A stretch of DNA of 36,868 nucleotides from an uncultured Methanosarcinales archaeon (GCA_964505795.1 CAZDJS010000004.1:1-36868), one strand, 5' to 3'; positions 16,553 through 25,199 are shown, counted from the stretch's first letter. Numbers and translations: made by a program. The notes: generated by a model from the sequence alone, not told the origin.

Positions 16553-17524
16553 ATGAAAATCATGAAACATATTGAAAAAGCAGCAGTTGGTCTAACAATA
16601 GGTGCACTAGCAGCTACCTCGCTAGTGAATAAAAACCAAGAAACAAGTTTAGAAGAACAACTATTGATGATTAGCGCACCTTACTCCATAGTCGCAGAGC
16701 CGCAAGGAACTTATCTTCATGTAGCTAGTGTAACAAAACCAGAACAACTTGAAGAAACAATTAAGGGTGTAGAATCTGCATGTTTGAACACTGATGGAAG
16801 TTATAGTTGCGGAGTCATCACTCGTTTTAATAAAGCTCCAGAAGTAGAAGCACCAACACCGCAAGCAAATAGCTATGTTGAAGTTTTTGTTGATAGTACG
16901 AGTTGCGATCAAAACAGGATTGCAAGCAGACTCGGGACAGCAGGATATGATATCGAGAAAATAATCACCTTTGACGGCGGAGAAAAACACGTTGGAGCGG
17001 CAAACACCTATCATTTTAGCGAAGAAGATGCACAAAGACTTCAAACAGAATTTCGCGATGAAATTATTGAGGCAGGACGCGCTTACAACATTAATCCACT
17101 ACATATTGCAACGCTTATCAATAACGAAAGCACATTTAAGGAAGGTCAAGTAAGTAGTAGCGGAGCAAAAGGACTTATGCAAATCAAGCCAAGTACAGCA
17201 GAACCATATGGTTTTAGCGCTGAAGATCTTGATAATCCTGCAAAAAACATCATGGCAGGAACAGCATATCTTGCTGATGCACTTGAAAGATTTGGCGATA
17301 TTGACAGAGCAATCGGTGCATACCATGACGGCATTAATGGTGTGCAAAGAGATGTGAACGCTCATGGTTGTGAAGCAGTGTATGAAAATCTTAGTAAAGA
17401 TGGGAGACGTCACGTAAGAAAATTTAATGAAGTTTCAGCAGGAACATCTCATAGAGCAAACATCACAACAAAAGATTATTCAGATGTGTATCGAGACGCA
17501 ATTCCAAGAATGAACATCGAATAA
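16553..17524 (+). CDS. Membrane-anchored lytic transglycosylase (SLT / family 1 domain)
   Basis: N-terminal anchor, then LINNESTF (catalytic Glu-Ser), SSGAKGLMQI and AGTAYL...AYHDG, the diagnostic SLT motifs. Confidence 0.8.
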   Translation: MKIMKHIEKAAVGLTIGALAATSLVNKNQETSLEEQLLMISAPYSIVAEPQGTYLHVASVTKPEQLEETIKGVESACLNTDGSYSCGVITRFNKAPEVEAPTPQANSYVEVFVDSTSCDQNRIASRLGTAGYDIEKIITFDGGEKHVGAANTYHFSEEDAQRLQTEFRDEIIEAGRAYNINPLHIATLINNESTFKEGQVSSSGAKGLMQIKPSTAEPYGFSAEDLDNPAKNIMAGTAYLADALERFGDIDRAIGAYHDGINGVQRDVNAHGCEAVYENLSKDGRRHVRKFNEVSAGTSHRANITTKDYSDVYRDAIPRMNIE

Positions 17525-17555
17525 AAATTTAAACTCATTTTTCTTTCTTTAACTG

Positions 17556-18728
17556 ATGCATTGTATTTTTTGTAAAAGCACAGAACATAATTATCGAAAT
17601 TGTCCTTCTGTTTTTTCTGCAAAAAAACGAAGCTTCAAACAAAATTATACTGGAGAAACACCGAATGTTTTTGTCGGACGACACGGGTACCCGAAAGTGA
17701 ACGTTGGTTTGTTTAACACTGAAGAGTATAATGAGCACGACAATCCATTATTGTGGAGTAAAGAGAACTACGACATCCCTAAGATTGTTGATTTACGCTC
17801 CGATCTTGTGAACGCAAGAAAAGCGCTCTCGATAAAAAGTTTTGACGATAAGTTCTTAGATATTGCTCAAGAGATTGGTCTTGCAAAAAAGACTGTAGAT
17901 GTAGAAATAGGACTCGAAAAGAAACCAAGCACAAGAACAACGTTTCACCAGTTCGCAGCTCCTCACGGACCAGCTGTTGGAATAAAAAAAGCTCGTGTAG
18001 TAAGAAATCCAAGCACCAATCAGAAACTTGAGAAAGCAAAAGAAGATATTGATTGGAAAGCAAATGATGCAATTATTGAGTTATACAAAAAAGGAATTGA
18101 CGAGCACGCACTTGTAAAAACATTTAGTGTAGGTAACCTTGGTGTGCAAGAACAACGAAAGCTCGTTCCGACACGATGGAGCATTACCGCAGTCGACGAT
18201 ACTATAAGCAAAAGCCTCATTCAAGAAATCAAACAATACTCTGAAGGAAATTGTAAAGTACATATTGGGGGACATCTAGGAAATTATTATGCAGTTCTTT
18301 TCTTTGATGATGCTTGGCAATACGAGCTTTTTGAACAGCAAGTTGTTGACGGGAGAGCAACATTCATCGAGCGAGATTATGAATCCATACTGAGAAGAAA
18401 AAAATACGCTGAAGAAACTGCAGGAGGGTATTATGCTACGAGAATTGCAGTTCTGGAAAGACTCAAACAAGAAAAACGACAATCAGCAGCTCTCGTTATT
18501 CGTATTATCACTAAAGAATACACAACACCTCTTGGCGTATGGGTTGTTCGCGAAGCAGTAAGAAAAACACTCAATAATAAACCAATAGTATTTGACGACA
18601 GAAAAAGCATGATTAAATATGCAAAAGAATATTTCAAGAAGGAATTCGACTATAATATCGCTCCTATTCTTGAAGAGAGTAAACTGCTCAAAAACATCAT
18701 GCAACAAAGAAAACTCTTAGAATTCTAA
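17556..18728 (+). CDS. Nre-family (NreA-like) DNA repair-associated protein
   Basis: N-terminal Cys cluster CIFCKS...NCP followed by NVFVGRHGYPKVNVG. About 390 aa, with a C-terminal QRKLLEF PIP-like tail. This is family recognition by memory of motifs. Confidence 0.6.
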   Translation: MHCIFCKSTEHNYRNCPSVFSAKKRSFKQNYTGETPNVFVGRHGYPKVNVGLFNTEEYNEHDNPLLWSKENYDIPKIVDLRSDLVNARKALSIKSFDDKFLDIAQEIGLAKKTVDVEIGLEKKPSTRTTFHQFAAPHGPAVGIKKARVVRNPSTNQKLEKAKEDIDWKANDAIIELYKKGIDEHALVKTFSVGNLGVQEQRKLVPTRWSITAVDDTISKSLIQEIKQYSEGNCKVHIGGHLGNYYAVLFFDDAWQYELFEQQVVDGRATFIERDYESILRRKKYAEETAGGYYATRIAVLERLKQEKRQSAALVIRIITKEYTTPLGVWVVREAVRKTLNNKPIVFDDRKSMIKYAKEYFKKEFDYNIAPILEESKLLKNIMQQRKLLEF

Positions 18729-19435
18729 CACAATTTATTCGCGTACTCTCCATTTGGCGAATGATCAACAACATGTTCATTAGATTCAAAAATATCCTCA
18801 TAAGAAGTCTCAGACATGTCAAACTTACCTCTGAGTAAATATTTGGCATTAGGTTCCAAGAAAAAATCAGCATTTTCTGTACACTTATCTACACAGAACA
18901 CCCCATACAAGTATTTCTCCGTTACTGCACTTGAGAAATTGTGACTTGTTTCAAAGAATGCGCTAGGATCGGTTTTTGTTTGTATTTCAAGCATTCGAAT
19001 CGAGCTTGCAGTATTAAAATAAATTTCAACACCTTGATATCCGCCGCGACAAGCGGGACGAAGAGTAAATTCTTCAATAAATAATTGGTCATCTTCATTA
19101 TTTTTATTAGGTTCAAAATCAACAGTTGAGCCATACATTGCTTCTTCGCAGTCTTCTGGTGATTCAACAACGGTCTCGCCGTCGCTACAGACATACTTAG
19201 TTATTTCAATAGTTTCTGTTTCAGTGATTATATTCGGTGGACAAGAGCTACAATCAAGTTTTTCATCACTTTGCGTTGGTTCTTTCTCATCATCATCACA
19301 AATACCATTAGCATCCTTATCAAGGCAACAACCATCCCCTACAGTAATATACGGATCGTTACAAACAACACCTGTAGAACTACAAGCAGCAAGAACAAAC
19401 AATGCAAGTACGAATAACCACCTCATATAATTCAT
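18725..19435 (-). CDS. Secreted Cys-rich, acidic lipoprotein-like protein (hypothetical)
   Basis: The start is set to the ATG at 19435 (MNYMRWLFVLALFVLAACSS, a lipobox-like signal). It has a DKDANGICDDDE Ca-binding-like loop and many Cys residues. Confidence 0.55.
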   Translation of the reverse strand: MNYMRWLFVLALFVLAACSSTGVVCNDPYITVGDGCCLDKDANGICDDDEKEPTQSDEKLDCSSCPPNIITETETIEITKYVCSDGETVVESPEDCEEAMYGSTVDFEPNKNNEDDQLFIEEFTLRPACRGGYQGVEIYFNTASSIRMLEIQTKTDPSAFFETSHNFSSAVTEKYLYGVFCVDKCTENADFFLEPNAKYLLRGKFDMSETSYEDIFESNEHVVDHSPNGEYANKLC

Positions 19436-19498
19436 GTAAATGAAGGCATTTTTAAATCTTATCAAAAGATTCAAATACTCTTTAAAAAAACTCAAAAT

Positions 19499-20236
19499 AT
19501 GGAACCAAGTGATTTTATCGAACACGTTCAAAGTGCTCAAAGCAAAGGGCTTCTTCTTGTTGCCTTTGTTCATTGCACCATACATTATTCTGGGCGTGCA
19601 GAAGCAGAGGTTCCACGAGGAGATCGTCTTATTATGATCAAGCAAGATGGTGTTTTACACATTCATCAGCCTATTAATGGCACTCCAATCAATTATCTTA
19701 AGGCAGGTTGCTCTATCACTTTCCAAAAAGTTGATGATCACATCTTTCTTAATGCAAAAAGTTATGATGGAAAGGAGTTTCTTGATGTTGAGATTTTTCG
19801 TGTGTATGATGTGATGCATCGTCGTCTTGAAGATGGGCAAAAACAAATTCTTCAAGGAAATGAAAAAGATATGAGCGATATGATTCGCGATACTCCAACA
19901 ATTATAGCTCCTGATTTTAAACCTCTTTCACGCGAAGAGCACACAAAAGTAGGTTTTATTGATGTATTTGGTCACGATGGTGAAGGCAACCTTGTTATTA
20001 TTGAGTGTAAACGTTTCGCTGCAAGTCTTGCTTGTGTGACGCAACTTCGTCGTTATGTAAAAAAAATGAAAGAATTGCGAGGAATTGAGAATGTTCGTGG
20101 AATCATGGCATCGCCATCAATCACTCCTAATGCTATGCAATTACTCAAAGAATGGAACTATTCTTGGGTGCAAGTTGATCCACCTAAGAAGTTAGAAAGA
20201 CATAATAGAGGACAAAAGCGATTGGGAGAATTTTAG
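19499..20236 (+). CDS. nucS: Endonuclease NucS / EndoMS
   Basis: RecB-like nuclease core GNLVIIECKR...VTQLRRY, and a C-terminal QKRLGEF PCNA-interaction-like tail. Confidence 0.85.
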   Translation: MEPSDFIEHVQSAQSKGLLLVAFVHCTIHYSGRAEAEVPRGDRLIMIKQDGVLHIHQPINGTPINYLKAGCSITFQKVDDHIFLNAKSYDGKEFLDVEIFRVYDVMHRRLEDGQKQILQGNEKDMSDMIRDTPTIIAPDFKPLSREEHTKVGFIDVFGHDGEGNLVIIECKRFAASLACVTQLRRYVKKMKELRGIENVRGIMASPSITPNAMQLLKEWNYSWVQVDPPKKLERHNRGQKRLGEF

Positions 20237-20297
20237 ACATACTTTCTAAACTTTGAGTGTATAGAAAATCATTCTTTTGAGCAAGAACCTTGCAAGT

Positions 20298-20852
20298 TTA
20301 TTTTTTTGTAGTATTGCGTTTCGTTGCTTTCTTCTTTGCAGTCTTTTTTACTGAAGATTTCTTGGCTGTTACAGCAGATTTCGCTGGTTTTATTTGAAGC
20401 TCAACCCACTCTCCTTCGTCATCGTTTTTTATTCTAAAATGTGGCGGTTCTTCAATAAGTGATTCAACAGGAATAACATCTTCTTTTTGTTTTTTTGAAT
20501 TGAACATTTTATCGAACATCGTATATTGTTTCCAATCATAGACCAGTATAAGTACAATAGAAACAAGAAAGAGAAGAATAAATAATGCACCAAGTAGAAA
20601 TGTTGAAAGCGTTGCTGTACCCATAAGGTTAATAATAAGATAAGCTAATGAAGTGAATAGTGTGAATGTTACGAAGGCGTGTGCCATCGATAATTCATCG
20701 TCAATAAGTAAAAAGATAAGTTGAACAATAATAATTAACCCGTAAAGAATACTCAGTGTTAATTGGCTAATAAGTGATTGTCGGCTGAGCAATAATATAG
20801 TTAAGAAAATAAGTAGTGCAAAGCCAGCTATGAGGATACTTTTATGTCGCAT
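20298..20852 (-). CDS. Multi-TM hypothetical protein with Lys-rich C-terminal tail
   Basis: Four hydrophobic helices followed by KSAVTAKKSSVKKTAKKKATKRNTTKK. Confidence 0.55.
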   Translation of the reverse strand: MRHKSILIAGFALLIFLTILLLSRQSLISQLTLSILYGLIIIVQLIFLLIDDELSMAHAFVTFTLFTSLAYLIINLMGTATLSTFLLGALFILLFLVSIVLILVYDWKQYTMFDKMFNSKKQKEDVIPVESLIEEPPHFRIKNDDEGEWVELQIKPAKSAVTAKKSSVKKTAKKKATKRNTTKK

Positions 20853-20958
20853 AAAAGCGCGAGCGTGAAGGAATTTATAAATATATCGTTATTTGTTATT
20901 CTTAAGTAGTTATAAATTTCCCTTAACTTTCTTAAAGAACAAAGAAAAAAATGAAACT

Positions 20959-21552
20959 ATGCGAGAAACAAAAATCACCTTTTCAAAAAGAGAAAAAAAA
21001 GATCTTATAAAATCTTGGCTTCTTGTCAGTCTTGCCTTTGCAATTCTCTATAGTCCCGACCTCACATCACAAAAATTTCTTTTCACACTCTTAGCGTCAG
21101 CAGTCACTGCAGGATTAGGATTTGCACTGCACGAGCTCGCACACAAATTTGTAGCTATACGATATGGTTGTAGCGCTGAATTTCATGCAAATACGTTTTG
21201 GCTCTGGATTGGTCTTGCAATGGCTTTTTTTCTCAAAGCAATTTTTCTTGCCCCTGGCGCAGTCATAGTTCGAGGAGTGCAAAGCAAGCGAGAAAACGGC
21301 ATCATCTCAGCTGCAGGACCAGCAACCAACATAGTCCTTGCAACACTATTTATTATCCCCAGTTTCTTTTTTGTCGGAGCATGGACATTCATTCTGACAA
21401 TGGGAGCACTTATCAACAGTTGGCTTGCCGCATTTAACCTTCTTCCAATTCATCCCTTTGATGGTAAGAAAGTCTGGATGTGGAATAAAGGAATTTATGC
21501 TGTCATGATGATTCTAAGTGTTGGATTGCTCGTGCTACAACTCATTTTATAG
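20959..21552 (+). CDS. M50-family site-2 metalloprotease (S2P-like)
   Basis: HELAHKF (HExxH) in a TM helix, and NLLPIHPFDGKKV (the NxxPxxxxDG motif). The start is set to the ATG at 20959 rather than the upstream TTG. Confidence 0.8.
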   Translation: MRETKITFSKREKKDLIKSWLLVSLAFAILYSPDLTSQKFLFTLLASAVTAGLGFALHELAHKFVAIRYGCSAEFHANTFWLWIGLAMAFFLKAIFLAPGAVIVRGVQSKRENGIISAAGPATNIVLATLFIIPSFFFVGAWTFILTMGALINSWLAAFNLLPIHPFDGKKVWMWNKGIYAVMMILSVGLLVLQLIL

Positions 21553-21614
21553 ATGGGACTCTTCTACAAAGCCTGAACCGAAAAGGTTTTTAGGCAAGAG
21601 ACAATAGCACTAGT

Positions 21615-21857
21615 ATGGCATGGGAAGATACAATACAAAAAACATTTACGTTCAACAACTTTGCTCAAGCACTCGCTTTTGTGAATACAATTGGCGAAGT
21701 AGCAGAAAAAGCAGACCATCATCCAACAATTACAATGCACGATTACAAAAAAGTCACTATTAGCCTAACAACACACAGCGAAGGAAAAGTAACTCAAAAA
21801 GATCACGACTTAGCAAAACAAATTGAGGAAGCCTATGAAATGCGCGCGATGCAATAA
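21615..21857 (+). CDS. Pterin-4-alpha-carbinolamine dehydratase (PCD/DCoH)
   Basis: 80 aa, with F.F.NF..A..FVN.IGE.AE...HHP and a TTH segment characteristic of PCD. Confidence 0.85.
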   Translation: MAWEDTIQKTFTFNNFAQALAFVNTIGEVAEKADHHPTITMHDYKKVTISLTTHSEGKVTQKDHDLAKQIEEAYEMRAMQ

Positions 21858-21957
21858 TAAAATACAAGAAACCTTTCTTAATAAGAAATTAGGAACTCCA
21901 CTCGTTGGAAAGAAGATTGAGTGGATTTGTAGCGAGTGTCAGAAAAAAACAAATTAA
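21835..21957 (+). CDS. Small zinc-ribbon protein (40 aa, below the ORF-track cutoff)
   Basis: Translated by hand: MKCARCNNKIQETFLNKKLGTPLVGKKIEWICSECQKKTN (CxxC...CxxC). GAGGA lies 6 nt upstream of the ATG. It overlaps the PCD 3' end in another frame. Confidence 0.4.
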   Translation: MKCARCNNKIQETFLNKKLGTPLVGKKIEWICSECQKKTN

Positions 21958-21960
21958 TAA

Positions 21961-22806
21961 TTATTTACTCTTTTTAGTGGCTTTCTTTTTAGAAACAGGA
22001 TTTTTTTCTTTGTACAACTGATTACCGTGAAGATAATGTTTTACCCCACTCTTCTCACTCATGAACTTTAGTGTTTTGTTAAGTTTTGCAAACCTCATTA
22101 TTCTAATGAGTCGCGCCATCTTTAATACACGAAGCGCAAAAAGCCCGTTCATAATGAGAAAAAACGGTATTGTCGCAATGATGTCAAGCCAGCAATTCTT
22201 AAAAAAACGATGAAAAGTTTTTTCTTTTTTATAGAGTACAACAAGATCAATTGCGAAAATAAACGTGATAAGAATGTCAAAAGCAAAAAAGTATTGTGAA
22301 AACTCAACTATCTCAAAAAAGACATCAAGCAAGATAACAATAAAACTTGTCGCTACAGAAAAAAACACAACAAAATTCCATGTTTTTTCTTTTTCAGAGA
22401 GCATAAGTGTATCCATATGACTATCAATTGCATCAGCGTGTTCAAGAGAACCCATATCTGCTTGGCTACCATACTCAAAGACCGTTCGTAGAGCAACAAC
22501 AGCGAGCATGCTTCCAATGAAGAATGTTATCATTTCAAAAAATCCTGCGAGTCCTTGAATAAAAGGGTGATACCCTAGTAAAAACTTGAATGCTACAATG
22601 GTCAGAAGAAATGCTGAGGCAGCAACGATAAAGCCAATTTCTTCATCATCACCAACATTAAGAATGGCACTAAAAACACCAAGAAAAATAAGAATGATAA
22701 GAACAAAATTATACATGGTCGCGCTCATAGGGAAAGCCCCTGCAAGAATAGCAAGAATAGCGCCTAAAGTAAAAAAATACATCCCCATACGCTGATACCA
22801 ATCCAT
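21961..22806 (-). CDS. Membrane protein: N-terminal 4-TM module fused to a voltage-sensor domain (S1-S4), with no pore domain
   Basis: S3-like NCWLDIIATIPFFLI and S4-like LRVLKMARLIRIMRFAK (a basic residue at every third position). The ORF ends about 35 aa after S4, and no S5-P-S6 or TVGYG-type filter is present. Confidence 0.7.
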   Translation of the reverse strand: MDWYQRMGMYFFTLGAILAILAGAFPMSATMYNFVLIILIFLGVFSAILNVGDDEEIGFIVAASAFLLTIVAFKFLLGYHPFIQGLAGFFEMITFFIGSMLAVVALRTVFEYGSQADMGSLEHADAIDSHMDTLMLSEKEKTWNFVVFFSVATSFIVILLDVFFEIVEFSQYFFAFDILITFIFAIDLVVLYKKEKTFHRFFKNCWLDIIATIPFFLIMNGLFALRVLKMARLIRIMRFAKLNKTLKFMSEKSGVKHYLHGNQLYKEKNPVSKKKATKKSK

Positions 22807-22855
22807 AAAAGTATTTTAAGAAACCTTTTTTATAAAGATATCGAACTCTTAGCGT

Positions 22856-23803
22856 ATGAGCTTTCCAAAACTTACCTCTCCGGCAATCCTAAGTCCTATG
22901 GCTGGCGTGACAGACGTGGCGTTTCGCGCTTTGTGCAAAAAATACGGTGCCTCGCTCACTTGCACTGAGTTTGTGAGCAGTACAGCACTTGTTCGAGGTA
23001 GTGAGAGAACTCAAGAGATGCTTATTACCGACCCAAGCGAAAATCCTGTTGCAGTGCAACTTTTTGGCAGTAGCGAAGAAGATATTGTCAAAAGCGCGCA
23101 ACTCATCCAAAACAAATTTGATATTATCGATCTTAATTGTGGTTGTCCTGCATGGAAAGTCATCAAAACAGGAGCTGGAAGCGCCTTACTCAACGACCCT
23201 AAAAAAATTGGGTCTTTCCTCAAAAAAATCGTTGACGCAGTTGAAAAACCAGTCACAGTAAAAATCCGTGCAGGAATTGATGAAAAGTCAATAAATGCAA
23301 TCGAAGTTGCAAAAGAAGCAGAGCGAGCAGGAGCATCTGCAATTGCAGTTCATGGAAGAACACAAAAGCAAGGATACTCGGGCCTGAGTGATTGGGATGT
23401 TATTAAAGCAGTAAAAGAAGCTGTTTCGATTCCTGTTATTGGCAATGGTGATGTTTTTAGCCCGGAGGATTTCAAGGAGAAGCTCGAATACAGCGGCGTT
23501 GATGCCATCTTGATTGCTCGAGGAGCGATCAGTAATCCTTATATTTTCAAACAAATCAATGATTATTTAGCAACGGGCAAGTACGAAAAAGAAGATAATC
23601 GTCTGCATCACTTTTTTGAATACCTTGAACTCGCGAAAAAATACAGTATACAGCTCGGCCAGATAAAAGGTCACGCGATAGCATTCACGAAAGGAATGCG
23701 CGGTGGTGCGAAGCTACGACAAGAATTAGGCCAAGCAAAGACGATTGAAGAATTGGAAAAAAGAATGCATTCATATAATAGTGAATCTGAGGAAAAACCA
23801 TGA
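22856..23803 (+). CDS. dus: tRNA-dihydrouridine synthase
   Basis: LSPMAGVTD, DLNCGCP and VKIR...HGRT motifs of the Dus TIM barrel. Confidence 0.85.
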   Translation: MSFPKLTSPAILSPMAGVTDVAFRALCKKYGASLTCTEFVSSTALVRGSERTQEMLITDPSENPVAVQLFGSSEEDIVKSAQLIQNKFDIIDLNCGCPAWKVIKTGAGSALLNDPKKIGSFLKKIVDAVEKPVTVKIRAGIDEKSINAIEVAKEAERAGASAIAVHGRTQKQGYSGLSDWDVIKAVKEAVSIPVIGNGDVFSPEDFKEKLEYSGVDAILIARGAISNPYIFKQINDYLATGKYEKEDNRLHHFFEYLELAKKYSIQLGQIKGHAIAFTKGMRGGAKLRQELGQAKTIEELEKRMHSYNSESEEKP

Positions 23804-24687
23804 TAACAGCAGGAATCGACGAAGCAGGAAGAGGACCAGTCCTGGGGCCTCTTGTCATGGCAGTATGCTCAATTGATGAAAGAAATACTCATAAGCTCGT
23901 TGAGCTCGGAGTAAAAGATAGTAAGCTCCTTATGAAAGCAGTGCGCGAAGATCTCTTTGAAAAAATAAAAGAATTGTGCGAGTGGGAAATTATCATCGTA
24001 CCACCAACAGAAGTCGACGAAGCAGTAAACAGCAAAAAAGATAATCTGAACTTGCTCGAAGCTCGCGTAGCAGCGCAACTACTTGTGAAGCTCAAGAAAA
24101 AAACAGTTATTGACAAAGCAATACTTGATAGTCCGACAAAAAACACGAAAAAGTTCGAACAAACCATGCAAGGACTATTACCTGAAGAGATGAACCTTGT
24201 GTGCGAGAACAAAGCTGATTTGAACTATCCAATCGTCGCCGCTGCATCGATTCTTGCAAAAGTAACTCGCGATCGCGAAATGGAGCGCGTGAGTGAACTC
24301 GCAGACGCAGACCTTGGTTCAGGCTACATGACAGACCCGAAAACGCACGCGTGGCTTCAAGAAAACTACAATGCGAGCTATGGTTTTATTCGCAGAAGCT
24401 GGGCTTCTGTGAAAAATCTGATTAGTGCGCGAGCACAAACATCCCTATCGCAGTTCGAAACAAAAAAAGAAGAATACAAAGAAATCCTTGAAAAATTTGA
24501 GAAGTTACTCGACTTCGGCTTCAAACACATAGAAACAAAAACACCATACGAATTAGTTCGCATGCGAGGACCGGAGAACGCCGACGGCGTGATCATTTAT
24601 TATACAACCGGAAAACTGCTCGTGCAAGGCAAGGATGTGAATGTCAAGAAGATCAACGCATACTTGCAGACGGCGGGGTTGCTTTAA
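23800..24687 (+). CDS. rnhB: Ribonuclease HII with an extra C-terminal domain
   Basis: GIDEAGRGPVLGPLV, DSK, ENKAD and GSGY..D catalytic motifs. There is an internal PIP-like QTSLSQF, then a 75-aa extension. ATGA overlap with dus. Confidence 0.9.
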   Translation: MITAGIDEAGRGPVLGPLVMAVCSIDERNTHKLVELGVKDSKLLMKAVREDLFEKIKELCEWEIIIVPPTEVDEAVNSKKDNLNLLEARVAAQLLVKLKKKTVIDKAILDSPTKNTKKFEQTMQGLLPEEMNLVCENKADLNYPIVAAASILAKVTRDREMERVSELADADLGSGYMTDPKTHAWLQENYNASYGFIRRSWASVKNLISARAQTSLSQFETKKEEYKEILEKFEKLLDFGFKHIETKTPYELVRMRGPENADGVIIYYTTGKLLVQGKDVNVKKINAYLQTAGLL

Positions 24688-25199
24688 TAATCAAAACCAT
24701 ACGCTTCTATCGGCACTTTCTCAAAGGGAGTCTCGATTCCGTTCATGTCGAAGTAATCTCTTATGGGCCAGGAATTTTGAGTTAGTTCACTAAAGAGATG
24801 TTCTCGCATGATTGAGTGAAGGTTTGTTGCAAGGTCTGTTCGTTCTCTGATATGAACCAATGCAGAAATAACTCTTGGTCTTCTAATTGGCCCGTATACA
24901 ACTTCTCGAACACTTCCTCTTTTTCTTTTAGAACCCCCTCTGCGTAATTGAGATGTTGGGCGAGTAGGTCTTTTTTCAATCCAATTATGCGTCCAATACA
25001 ATTCAGAGTACCAAAAAGGAGCTGAACTTAAGACCATTCGTTGATACCCCGAGGGTGAAGGTTCATAACCATTTTCTATCGCTCCAGACTTGTGTTTGTT
25101 TCTGAGTAAATCATCATGGAGATAAGCCGCAAGGTCTGAAAACTCGCTCGCTACAAAGGGTGCATAATTCTTTATAGGAAGACGAGCATCAAACTCCAT
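24684..25199 (-). CDS. Hypothetical protein
   Basis: 171 aa from the ATG at 25199. It has a central basic patch RRGGSKRKRGS and no recognisable motif. It is convergent with rnhB (4-nt overlap). Confidence 0.45.
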   Translation of the reverse strand: MEFDARLPIKNYAPFVASEFSDLAAYLHDDLLRNKHKSGAIENGYEPSPSGYQRMVLSSAPFWYSELYWTHNWIEKRPTRPTSQLRRGGSKRKRGSVREVVYGPIRRPRVISALVHIRERTDLATNLHSIMREHLFSELTQNSWPIRDYFDMNGIETPFEKVPIEAYGFDY

